The notes under the pieces are model-generated. The model was not told where the DNA came from, made no database searches, and saw only the letters and a program-made list of their open reading frames with translations. A stretch of 48,861 bases of DNA, the filler included, from Catajapyx aquilonaris (lineage: Eukaryota), in assembly GCA_000934665.2 (NCBI GenBank). It is 2 parts of 2 records of this genome, joined end to end, with 100 filler letters (N's around TTAATTAATTAA, not from the genome) between each part and the next. Parts side by side here need not be neighbours in the genome. Positions count along the whole stretch, not along the records: positions 1 to 24,383 come from JYFJ02005525.1; 1 more part is not named here. The stretch is one strand, 5' to 3'. The position numbers and the translations under genes were made by a program. Below are positions 1-12,270 of the stretch, one piece after another. Within the stretch, counting starts at the first letter, position 1; each line of letters begins with the position of its first letter.

Positions 1-457
1 CGTGGGAAGCCGGGTTGGAATGGTGCATGTACATTCAGATACAAAATAACATTCATCAAGTGGGGCACATAGTGAACATGGTCAAATTCGGTCACACATG
101 CAATGGCTATTATTAATTCTAAGGTAATCACAAGTGTGAATCCATTCACAATACTTTTCAAAGTGATCCAAAGTGCACACAACACCTTTATAATTACGTA
201 TATTTATAGATTAAAATTCACTGTTGAAATGAGCGTACCGAGTAATTGGACGTTATGATATAGTCGCAGGGAATAAAATGCTGTACGGCCGATTATTTTA
301 AACAGTCTGAAGTCAATACGAGAGATTTCCTAGACTGTTGCACCGCCATTCGTGGTCCTTTGTTATCCCTAGAATTCGTCTTAGAAGTTTTTTCGAATAA
401 TATGCGACAAGCCTTGCAACGAAATGCGTCATTTTATTTGGTGCAAAATGAATGAAG

Positions 458-2090
458 CTACTTGCTGGAGTCTATTCCGCCGTACTGACGGAAAAGTTTG
501 ACCACATCGTCGTACAGCAAAGGGACGACGTTTCTGGCCACGACGAAGTCAGCGTGGCTGAAGAGAGGCCACTTGACCTGGAATGACCCGACCAGGTTGG
601 GAAGCTGGTCAGCTAGAGTCTGCACGTCCTATATAGGAAATACGAAATATTTAAAAAAGGGAATTAAATGCAACACAAGAAGAGACTGACCTTCGGATGT
701 GCTAACCAGTCGTTGAGCCCCCAAAACATGGCCACAGGAGCCGTGATGTTCCCCAGGTTGTAAAGAGGTGGTGATGCAGAGTTGTACCGGCGGAGGTTCT
801 CCTCAGGTCCGAAGTCGTACTTGCGACACAGACCGCTCTCCCTCCACTGCATCAATTGTAGGAAGGTGCGAAACGAAACAGCCGATGGAAGGTTTGACAG
901 AAGTTCTTCAAATTTCTCCTATAGTGAATGAGTGATGTTGGCTCAAATTATGGGAACAGTCTGAGTTACACCATGTCAATGCACAGAATACAGAAATGCG
1001 TACTTGCCGTATCAACTTCGTCCACGTCGAATCCGACGGCCAATTGAAGGATACTAAAGCAAATGACCTTAGTGTAGCGGTTCTTCACACAAAATGACTG
1101 CAACATTTGTTGTAATTCGGGCAACGGGAATCCGAAGTACATTATTCCTAAGCTCGTAAACATATTCTGGAAAATTAGAATAAGGATACTTATATTGACC
1201 TTCAGGTGGGTTTTAACCAGTCGATTCATCTTGACTTGTTGCAACGGTGCATACTCACTGAGAGATCATTCAAAACCGACACTGGTGGCAAGAGTTGGAA
1301 TACAGGTGCATTGGAGTGGACAGGGGCTGCGGGTGATGCCATCATGATGCCAAGGAAGACCTTCGAGTTGTACTCGGGTCTTCCGGACAAGGATTCGTAC
1401 AGTAAGGCGCCTCCCAAGGAGTGTCCAATGTAGCCCAATTTCTCCTGACCAGTCTTGTCCAGTATGTAGTCCATCACAGCTGGTATGTCAAATGTGGACA
1501 TCTCGTCCGAGCTAAATTCCCAAAATCCGGGTTGCTGAGCAGTCATCTGCACGTGTCTTCTGGAGTGAGGTGTTCCTCTGTGGCTAAGCAACCAGAGGTC
1601 AAACCCAGCATCAGGCAAGATGTAACCTTTTCAAAAATGGGGGAAATAACCTACACTCTACACACTGTATTCATCTTGATCACTGATTATCCTAATGTGA
1701 TATTTTACCTAAACTTCTTGAAGGTGGTCCAATCAGGTAGCTCATTACCGAATCTCCCATTCCGTGTGTTAAGATGATTGGAGGTCTCCTGGTGTTGTTG
1801 GAGGGTGATGCACCGTGTGGTATGCGATAGAGTGACAGGATGTACCCATCGGGTGTTGTCACTTTGTGGTCTTCGCATTGGTATCCTTTAGCTCGTACAT
1901 ACCCGCACTTGTTGAAGTAAACACAGCAAGAAATCACATGCAAGAGTACCAACAACCACAGTTTCTTGGTGTAATCAGGTGTAATACTCACAATGTCGTT
2001 TCCTTCCCATGCAGGGAAATTAAACAATCTGGAGGAATCCGTCCCAAGTATGAGCGTCGCCGCAATTAGAAACGACTTCAGGACATCCAT
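458..2090 (-). CDS. Acid lipase (lipase 3/LIPA-like) copy 1, 6 exons, about 407 aa, signal peptide
   Basis: Exons 2090-1992, 1907-1709, 1626-1259, 1166-1008, 918-691 and 628-458 join in frame (1224 nt). Motifs: hydrophobic N-terminus, VTTPDGYILSLYRIP, THGM, GFDLWL..RG, GHSLGG nucleophile elbow, YDFGPEENLRRYN, NDWLA (Asp), FSHADF (His). Confidence 0.92.
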
Positions 2091-2809
2091 TTCCGTCAGA
2101 ATGTACCGTGTTTAAGCAATCATTAATGACTTATACTTTTAACATTAAAATGAGCCCATCCAGCCACACAACTTCTTCCCGCTGCTTCTAACCCAAGTTC
2201 TAAGCTATCTTGTTGTGTCACAATTGCACCAAGTGTCCACCAACCGGTTGAACTGTACAGATCATACCGGAAGCAAACACGGAAGTGGTTATATCGACCA
2301 TCTTGTGTGTATGCTTGGCTCATTGCATGACACGTAAGGGGAGAAAATAATATAAGGGTGTAATAAATAATCCATTTTATGATCAGTACGGCCTTCAAAT
2401 ACTGTCATAAATATATGCAGGTAGCTTTCATGCATTCAGTGACTAATATATTATTCAATCTACTACATAAGGCATTTCCAAAGGTGAATCAACTCTCATA
2501 TTTATGATGTTGAGCTCCGCATGATCGTTCGGGCTTTGGAGATCGTGGGCGAGCGTGCCTCTGAAGGCGAGGTCATGTCCGGGTCGAATCCGATTCTTGG
2601 TTTATAATAATCTTGTTCGTGGCAGTTTCTTGGGATTTTGGTGTGCAGGGTATAGGAGGTTTGGTCCCCCTGGGCGCTGGTAAATAGTGGTGTAATAATA
2701 ATCCAGTTTATGACCAGTGCGGCCGTCAAACATTGCCATAATTATAATTATGCTGAAGGAAGACATTTGCATTGTACTCGTGTCTTCCAGCCAATATCTC
2801 CAAGATCAA

Positions 2810-3095
2810 GGTTCCTCCCAAGGAGCGTCCAATGTAGATTCAATTCCATCTTAAAGCCTCCGTACCAATTATGACCGTCGCCGCAATTAGGGCACACCGA
2901 AGGAGGACCATGGCTATATAATTGCAGTGAAAACGCAATTGGCAATGCGTAATGCTGCAGTACACTTTGACTATACGTGTGAATCACAGAAATAAGGAAG
3001 AACAACTAATTAAAATGTCCGCTTCGTACGTTCCACTCCATCGGGTTTCTTCTCACGGCTGTTGCGCAATAATATTCAAGGGCAGCGGTCTACTA
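2810..3095 (-). pseudogene. Heavily deleted lipase remnant (upstream module, exon-1 piece, GHSLGG-region piece)
   Basis: 2812-2837 resembles the exon-3 sequence ctcccaaggagtgtccaatgtag. About 2870-2935 resembles exon 1 and the start context (atgaccgtcgccgcaattagg...catggct). 3050-3090 carries the conserved upstream motif ctcacg..ttgcgcaat..ttcaagggcagcgg. Confidence 0.55.
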
Positions 3096-3765
3096 ACAGA
3101 ATAGTTATGTAAATGACATTCACAATCCAAGGTAAATAATCAATGGATTGTGTATATACACAAGAGTGTTGTAATATGTTCAAGGTCGCATTTAATGGGG
3201 TCATCATCACGTACTACTAGGAAAAACAGAGGCAGGTTCGGATCAAGGCACGCTACACCTTATGAATTAAAATGAATAATTACATCAATAAATGAGAGGA
3301 TGGCCCTTGGCATGTCCCGGGCCAGACGTCTTAAATGCATAAGAATTGGAAAAACAAAGATCAGTAATTTTAAAAAATGCTACGCTGCCCTCGCATTATC
3401 TCACAACATTATTGCACCAAGTATCCACCAGCCAGTCACGTGAAGAGTTGGAACAAACGCGGAAGTTATTACTTGTACGTATATCAGCAGTACGGCAGTC
3501 GCATGTCATGAAATGGGAAAAACTTATAAAAATAATATATTCATTAAATGATCTGAAATTACGGCTGTCAGCAGTAACATATGAAGAGAGGAGGTAGCTA
3601 GCATGCAATGACTATTAATTCTAAGGTAATCACAAGTGTGAATTCATTCCCTATACTTGGTCCTTTGATGTTCCTCATATAATTCACCTTAGAAGTTTGT
3701 TCGAATAATATGTGACACGGCTTGCAAAGAAATGAGTCATTTTATTTGGTACAAAATGAATGAAG

Positions 3766-5416
3766 CTACTTGTTGGTGTCAGTTCCGCTGTACTGACGAA
3801 AGAGTTTGACCACATCGTCGTACAGCAAAGGGACGACGTTTCTGGCCAGGACGAAATCCCCGTGGGTGAAGAGAGGCCACTTGACCTGGAATGACCCAAC
3901 AAGGTTGGGAAGCTGGTCCGCGAGAGTCTGCACGTCCTGTAGGAAATAAGGAATATTTAAAAAATGGAATTAAGTCCAACGCAAGGAGAGACTGACCTTC
4001 GGATGTGCTACCCAGTCATTGAGCCCCCAAAACATGGCCACAGGAGCTGTTATGTTCCCCAGGTTGTAAAGAGGCGGTGATGCCGAGTTGTACCGGCGGA
4101 GGTTCTCCTCAGGTCCGAAGTCGTACTTGCGAACCACACCACTTTCCTTCCACTGGATGATTTGTAGGAAAGTGCGAAACGAAACAGCAGACGGAATATA
4201 CGACAGAGCTTCTTCAAATTTCTCCTATAGTGAATGAGTGATGTTGGGTCAAATTATGGAAACAGTTTCAGTTACACCATGTCAATACACAGAATACAGA
4301 AATGTGTACTTGCCGTATCAACTTCGTCCACGTCGAATCCGAAAGCCAATTGAAGGAGACTAAAGCAAATGACCTTAGTGTAGCGGTTCTTCAGACAAAA
4401 TGAGTGCACCATTTGATGTAATTCGGGGAACGGGAATCCGAAGTACATTATTCCTAAGCTCGTAAGCATATTCTGGAAAATGATGATAAGAATGCTTATT
4501 GAGCCTCAGGTGGGTTTTAACTAGTACATTCATCTTGACTTGTTGCAACGGTGCATACTCACTGAGAGATCATTCAAAACCGACACTGGTGGCAAGAGTT
4601 GGAATGCAGGTGCACCGGTGTGGACAGGAGCTGGGGGTGATGCCATCATGATGCCAAGGAAGATCTTCGAGTTGTACTCGGGTCTTCCGGACAAGGATTC
4701 GTACAGTAAGACGCCTCCCAAGGAGAGTCCAATGTAGCCCACCTTCTGCTGACCTGTCTTGTCCAGCACATAGTCTATCACAGCAGGTACGTCAACATTG
4801 GACATCTCGTCCTGGCTATATTCCCAAAACTCGGGTTGCTGTGCAGTCATCTGCACGTGTCTTCTGGAGTGAGGTGTTCCTCTGTGGCTAAACAGCCAGA
4901 GGTCGAATCCAGCATCAGGCAAGATGTAACCTTTCAAAAATGGTCGGAATAACTTACGTCCTACACTCTACACACTGTATTGATCTTGATCACTGATTAG
5001 TGATTACCATAATATGATATTTATATTATTTACCTAAACTTCTTGAAGGTGGGCCAATCAGGTAGCTCATCACCGAATCTCCCATTCCGTGTGTTAAGAT
5101 GACTGGTGGTCTCCTGGTGTTGTTGGTGGTTGATGCACCGTGTGGTATGCGATAGAGTGACAGGATATACCCATCGGGTGTTATCACTTTGTGGGCTTCG
5201 CATGGGTATCCTTTGGCTCGTACATACCCGCACTTGTTGAAGTAAACAGCAAGAAATCACATGTAAGAGTACCAACAACCACAGTTTCTTGGCGGTGTAA
5301 TAAGGTGTAATACTCACAATGTCGTTTCCTTCCCATACAGGAAAATTAAACAATCTCATAGAATCCGTCCCAAGTATGAGCGTCGCCGCAATTAGAAGCG
5401 ACATCAGTACATCCAT
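3766..5416 (-). CDS. Acid lipase copy 2, 6 exons, about 407 aa
   Basis: Exons 5416-5318, 5232-5034, 4930-4563, 4472-4314, 4224-3997 and 3936-3766 have the same sizes as in copy 1. Motifs GLSLGG, NDWVA, FTHGDF. Confidence 0.92.
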
Positions 5417-5979
5417 TGACTTACTTATAACATTAAAATGAGCAAGCACCACCTCTTCCGGCTGCTTCTAACCCAAGTTCTAAGCTACCTTGTTATGTCA
5501 CAACTGCATCAAGTGTCCACCAACCAGTTGCACTGTACAGATCATACCTGAAGCAAACACGGAAGTAAAGTTATCGACCATCTTGTGTGTATGCTTGGCT
5601 GCTTGCATGACACGTAAGTGGAGAAATAGAAGGGTGCCTGTAATTTGATGACCACTACGGCCTTCAAACACTGTCACAAATATATGCAGGTAGCATGTAC
5701 TGATTAATATATTATTCAATAAAGACATTTGCAAGGGTGGACCCCCTCTCGTCTTTTTAATAACCCCAGTAAGTGCCCCAAAGTGCACCCATCACCTATC
5801 AAGTGAGGTATTAGCAAAATTAGATAATTATATAAAATAATATGTAATATACAATCTATCTCGTTGTGCACCGTTGATAAGTGTGGTGCACCAAGAGTTC
5901 ACGTTAGAAGTTTCTATAAATCATTGTGAAACACCTTGCAGATAAATGCAGCCATTTATTTGGTTCGACATGTAGGAAG

Positions 5980-7600
5980 CTATTTGGTGGTATCAATTCC
6001 GCTGTACTGTCGCAAAAGCTTGACCACATCGTCGTACAGCAAGGGCACCACATTTCTGGCCACAACGTAGTCAGAGTGAGAGAAAAGAGGCCACTTGACC
6101 TGGAATGACCCGACCAGGTTGGGAAGCTGGTCCGCTATAGTCTTCACGTCCTATAGGAAACGATATATATTTAAAAAAGGGAATTAAATGTAACACATCA
6201 AGAAGAGACTGACCTTTGGATGTGCTAACCAATCGTTAAGAGACCAAAACATGGCCACAGGAGCTGTGACGTTCCCCAGGTTGTAAAGAGGCGGTGATGC
6301 CGAGTTGTACCGGCGGAGGTTCTCCTCAGGTCCGAAGTCGTACTTGCGAAACAAACCGCTCTCTATCCATTGCACGTATTGCAAGCCAGTGCGAAACGAA
6401 AATGAAGACGGAAAGTACGGCAGAATTTCTTCCATCTTCTCCTATAGGAGTGACAGAGTGTAAAATGTTGCTTCCAATTATGGAAAAACACACACTGTAT
6501 TACACCATTTCAATACACATAAATAATGTACTTGCCCTGTCAACTTCGTCCATGTCGAATCCGAGAACAAATCCAACCACAGATATGCAAATCACGTTTG
6601 TGTAGCGATTCATCAGACAAAGTGACGCCACAAAATTTTGTAATTCAGGAAGGGGGTATCCCAGGTACAGTATTCCTAAGCTCGTCAACAAATTCTGGAA
6701 AATAAGGGTAATGATGACTTGGATGGTTTTTCACCAGTCGATTCTCTTCATTTGATGCAACGGTGCGTACTCACTGACAGATCATTCAAAACCGAAAATG
6801 GTGGCAAAAGTTGGACTCCAGGTCCATTGGCATGGACAGGAGCTGTGGGGGTTGCCAGTGTGATGGCCAAGAAAACCTTTGAGTTGTACTCGGGTCTTCC
6901 GGACAAGGATTCGTACAGTAGAGTGCCTCCCATCGAGTGTCCAATGTAGCCCACCTTCTGCTGACCTGTCTTGTCCAGCACATAGTCTACGACCGCTGGT
7001 ATGTCAATTGTGGACATTTCATCCTGGCTATATCCCCAAAATTCAGGTTGCTGTGCGGTCATCGTCACGTGTCTTCTGGAGTGAGGAGTGCCTCTTTGGC
7101 TGAGCAGCCAGAGGTCAAACCCAACGTCAGGTAGTATGTAACCTTTTTAGCATCATGATAAGTTTGTCTGAATTATGATGAAACTATTTATGATCGCACC
7201 TCCTGTTGAAATCGTGATATTTACCTAAGCCTCTTGAAGGTGGTCCAATCAGGTAGCTCATTACCGAATCTCCCAGTCCATGAGTTACGATGACTGGTGG
7301 TCTCTTGGTGTTGTTGGAGGGTGTTGCACCGTGTGGTATGCGATGGAGCGACAGGATGTACCCATCGGGTGTTACTACTTTGTGGTCTTCACAGGGGTAT
7401 CCTTTGGCTCGGACATACCCGCACTTGTTGAAGTAAACAGCAATGAATCACATGTAAGCATTCCAGCAACCAGTCACTTATTAAATGTAATTATTACTCA
7501 CAATGTCATGGCCTTCATAAATAGGAAAATTGAACAATCTCATGGCGTCCGTTCCAAGTATGACCGTCGCAGCAATTAGGATCGACTTGAGAATGTCCAT
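5980..7600 (-). CDS. Acid lipase copy 3
   Basis: Starts MDILKSILIAATVILG at 7600. Motifs GHSMGG, NDWLA, FSHSDY; TAG at 5982-5980. Same exon layout (exon 4 is 6694-6536). Confidence 0.9.
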
Positions 7601-7713
7601 GGCCAATTACGGTGAAAACACTAGTGGAAATGCACAATGCTTCAGGAAACTTGTAGTACATGTGTGAAGCGAATAATTAATTAGATGTCCACTTCTTTCC
7701 ACAGGTTTTTTCT

Positions 7714-7750
7714 CTCACGATTCTTGCGCAATACTATTCAAGGGCAGCGG
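7714..7750. promoter_or_regulatory. Conserved upstream lipase motif (representative copy) with a TTGCGCAA C/EBP-like palindrome and TCAAGG
   Basis: ctcacga..ttgcgcaata..ttcaaggg recurs about 110-180 bp upstream of the ATG near 3052, 7714, 9743, 11918, 16164, 18131, 19997 and 21941, with variants. Confidence 0.5.
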
Positions 7751-8939
7751 ACTCCCAACAGAACGTTATGTAAATCGCATATATAATTAATGCACTGTGT
7801 ACACAGCATGCTAGTCTAATTGCAAGCGAAAATAGCTGAACAAAACGAATTCATATTTAAAAGACGTAATTAACAAGCTTCCTCTATGTCAATTAGACAC
7901 TATCACGTTAAAGTGAAACATAGAAATGTATAACACTGTAAGTAACCATTAATATTTAATAATGACTTACCGATAACACTAACATTATATAGAAAGCACC
8001 ATCACCTTTTCCCCGCTTCTTCCAAGCCTTCCGATTATCTCACAACTGATCTAAGTATCCAACGGTTATACACTGTACAGGGTGGTTTGTAACCTTCGTA
8101 TAAACACTTCAGGTAAGCCTGGCCAATCTAAACATTTTGACATTATTTTTCGACGCAGACTTAATTATGGTGTAAGAAAATTAAGTCATGATTTGGTTAA
8201 CTTTGGCAGAATATATAGGGAACATCCTGGACATCACACCACACTTGGGATGCTTATATATTAGGGAGATACTTACCACCTTGTATGGTGTGGCAGGTTG
8301 CATGTCTCACCGTGGGAGAACTAAATATAATTTTATTTTTTATCCTTCAAGTTTGTGGCCTTCAAATATTAGGAAACGGCCAAGTATATAGCTTGCATGA
8401 ATTGATTTATTACTGCAAATCAAGTAATAAGACTAATAACCATGCCCCAACAAATTTTTTTCCACACTGAGTCCTAACTGACAACATCATCACAATCATG
8501 CTGCTGTACATTGAAATTACGTAATATTAACTAATTGCCCCGAATTACTGAACATTGTGATGTGGCCATCGAAAGTTATGAACCGCTTATTCAACTTGAA
8601 TTAATTAGCTGTATAATTTCAAGGTTAAAATGTTAAATGGTACGTAATAAGTCAGGCTGCATTTTCGCACCACCAAATAAGAGGAAATAGAAGAAATGAA
8701 TGAAACAAAAAAATTAACATTATTTTAGCTCTTGTAATGTGCATTGTGCAGAGATTGTATTTTTTTAATCAAGTGGTATAGATCTCGAAACCGATAGGTT
8801 AAATAGTTTGAAAATTCTCAGGCTCATGCAAATAGTTCCATATAATTATACCTGCCTGCAGCACATCAGACAGCATCAGTACTGATAATATCGAGGGTCT
8901 ATAAATATGTTATATAAACATGTGACAACATGACTAAAG

Positions 8940-9624
8940 CTATTTGGTGGAATCGATTCCGCTGTATTGTCGCAAAAGCTTGGGGACGTCATTGTAAACC
9001 CAGTGGCCAGCGTTTTTGGCCATGACGAAGTCACCGTGGGTGAAGAGAGGCCACTTGACCTGGAATGACCCGACCAGGTTGGGAAGCTGGTCCGCTGTAA
9101 TCTTCACGTCCTATAGGAAGCAATAAATAAGGAATGAAATGCTTGTCATCCAAACACAAAGAAGAGACTGACCTTTGGATGTACCGTCCAGTCGTTGCGT
9201 CCCCAAAACATGGCCACAGGAGCTGTGATGTTTGAAATGTTGTACAGAGGCGGTGATGCAGAGTTGTACCGGCGGAGGTTCTCCTCAGGTCCTAAGTCGT
9301 ACTTGCGAAACAAACCGCTCTTTATCCACTGTAGAAATTGCACCGTGTGGTATGCGATGGAGTGACAGGATGTACCCATCGGGTGTTGTCACTGTGGTGT
9401 TCACATATGGGTATCGTTTGGCTCGGACATACCCGCACTAGTTGAAGGAAACAGCAATGAATCACAAATGTAACCGTTACAACCACCAGTGTATCTCATT
9501 AAAATGTAATACATGTACTCACAACGTCATTTCCTTCATGGATGGGATAATAAAACAATCTGATGGCGTCCGTTCCAAGTATGATCGTCTCCGCAATTAT
9601 CAGAAACCAGTGCACGACGACCAT
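8940..9624 (-). pseudogene. Acid lipase copy 4, internally deleted pseudogene
   Basis: Exon 1 (MVVVHWFLII) and part of exon 2 are fused directly to mid-exon 5 at tgca (9339-9342). Exons 3-4, including the catalytic Ser, are missing and the fusion is out of frame. Confidence 0.9.
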
Positions 9625-10187
9625 TTCAAATCACAGTCAAAACGAGACTGATATTATTACACAGTGTCGCTGGAGGTTTTGTTCCTGTGTGGATCGTATT
9701 AATAGTATTATCTCCACTTCGTTCCCCTGCATCAATTTTATTCTCACGAGTTTTGCTCAGCGGTACAATATTCAAGGGTACATTTCTACAATGATCAGTA
9801 ACTTCCGTAATGTAAATCATTTACTTATCTTACTCATTCCCTATAGTGTTTGTAGTCAAATGTGGTACGATACTGAGTATGGGAGTGTAATTATTTTCAT
9901 AATTATTAATTCTGAACTTATATGAACTTTCACCTTTTTTCTGCCCAAGGAAATTCATCTCCGTGTTCCTTATGTAGGTCACTTGTAAATGGTAAATCAT
10001 AACAACTACATCAGATCCATGGCCCAACGTCAAACCCTTTCTTATTACCCTTTGAGAACTACATGACACCTGGATATAGATGGATGCTGAGTTGCCCAAG
10101 AGTTTACCCTAGGAGTTAGAATTATTGCGAAACACCTTGCAGAAAATTGCACCAATATTATTTGGTACTTGTACAACAATCCCAAAG

Positions 10188-11797
10188 CTATTTGGTGGAG
10201 TCAATTCCGCTGTATTGTCGCAAAAGCTTGGCGACATCGGTGTAAAGGTAGTGGACGGCGTTTTTGCCCACTGCGAAGTCACCGTGGGTGAAGAGAGGCC
10301 ACTTGACCTGGAATGACCCGACCAGGCTGGGAATCTGATCCGCTGTAGTCTTCACGTCCTACGTAGGAAGCAATAAATAGGGAATGAAATGCTTGTCACC
10401 CAAACACAAGAAGAGACTGACCTTCGGATGTACCGTCCAGTCGTTGCGTCCCCAAAACATGGCCACAGGAGCTCTGATGTTCCCCAGGTTGTAAAGAGGC
10501 GGTGATGCCGAGTTGTACCGGCGGAGGTTCTCCTCAGGTCCGAAGTCGTACTTGCGACACAGACCGCTCTCCCTCCACTGTAGATATTGCAGCCCAGTGC
10601 GAAACGAACACGTAGATGGAAAGACCAACATAGTTCCCTCCATCTTTTCCTGGTGAAGGAATGGCAGGAAGTCATGTTATAATGGTGGTCACCAATCAGA
10701 TGTACAGTACTTGCCCTGTCAACTTCGTCCATGTCGAAACCAAGACCCAAGCCAGCCACAGTTACGCAAAGCACGAAGGTGTAGCGGTTCATCTTGCAGA
10801 GTTTCTGCACCATACTGTACAACTCTGGGTACGGGTAACCAACGTTCAGTATTCCTAAGCCCATCAACAGATTCTGAACAATCGTGAAAGTATACACAGA
10901 TATCATTAGAGCGATGTTGCGACTATTGAGCACCTATATAGTTGAGCATTTCCAGATGCTATTGTTAGGAACAACTTTCATTTCATACTTACAGATAGAC
11001 CATTCATAACCGAAAAAGATGGTGTAAGTTGGATCACAGGCCCATTGGAGTGGGCCAAAGAGGTGGCAGTTCCCATCGTGATGCCCAGGAAGACCTTCGA
11101 GTTGTACTCTGGTCTTCCAGACAAGGCCTCCAACAGCAGGTGGCCTCCCATCGAGTGTCCAACGTAACCCACCTTCTGCTGACCAGTCCTGCCCAGTATG
11201 TAGTCTATCACGGCTGGCAGGTCAATGGTGGACATCTCATCCTGACCGTACTGCCAAAATTCGGGTTGTTGTGCGGTCATCTTCACATGTCTTTTGGAGT
11301 GAGCAGTACCTCTTTGGCTAAATAGCCAGAGGTCGAATCCAGCATCGGGCAGGATGTAACCTTTTCCAAATATCAAATAAACATGCTTGGGGTCTACTGG
11401 GCAGCGATGATATTCTTTCGGTGATATTTACCTAAGCTTCTTGAAGGTTGTCCAAAGAGGAAGGTCATTACTGCATCAAACATTCCGTGTGTTAAGATGA
11501 CTGGTGGTCTCCTGGTGTTGTTGGAGGGTGATGCACCGTGTGGTATGCGATGGAGCGACAGGATGTACCCATCGGGTGTTATCACTCTGTGGTGTTCGCA
11601 TGGGTATCCTTTGGCTCGTACATACCCGCACTTGTTGAAGTAAACAGCAATGAATCACAGTGTATATCTCATTAAAATGTAATCCATGTACTCACAACGT
11701 CATTTCCTTCATAGATGGGAAAATAAAACAATCTGATGGCGTCCGTTCCAAGTATGAGCGTCGCCGTAATTATCAGAAACCAGTGCACGACGCCCAT
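10188..11797 (-). CDS. Acid lipase copy 5
   Basis: Starts MGVVHWFLII at 11797. Exon 3 11360-10993, exon 4 10873-10715, exon 5 10649-10422, exon 6 10358-10188. Motifs GHSMGG, NDWTV, FTHGDF. Confidence 0.9.
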
Positions 11798-12270
11798 TTC
11801 AAATCACAGCCTAAACGAGACTGACAATAATACACAGTGTCGCTGGAGGTTATTTGTTCATGTGTGGATCGTATTAATAGTATTATCTCCATTTCGTTCC
11901 CATGCATCAGTTTTATTCTCACGAGTTTTGCTCAGCGGTACAATATCCAAGGGTAGATTTCTGCAATGATCAGTAACTTCCGTAATGTATAATACCTATA
12001 ATGAACCCTGCATTTATAATTCAGTTCCTCCATATATGAATTATTTGAAGCACTTCGGCATATAGGGCCAAGGTAATTGGGCTTTATCGGTGATTGGGTT
12101 GTGCTGCAGTGTGCGTTGGCCGCTAATGACTGATGGAGCGCATGATTGGAAAGCTTTGGATGATGGCGACTACCACTTGGTGGAATATAATGAGGTTAAT
12201 TCATTATTAACCTAGCTAGTTAGGAGTGGTGAGGAGGCGCAATACTTGGGCCACAGTGCTTGGGTGAAAC

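Noticed and set aside
2502..2729. ORF with a signal-peptide-like start and GFDPDM
   Set aside because: Non-ATG start, short and lying in rearranged remnant sequence; no family can be assigned.
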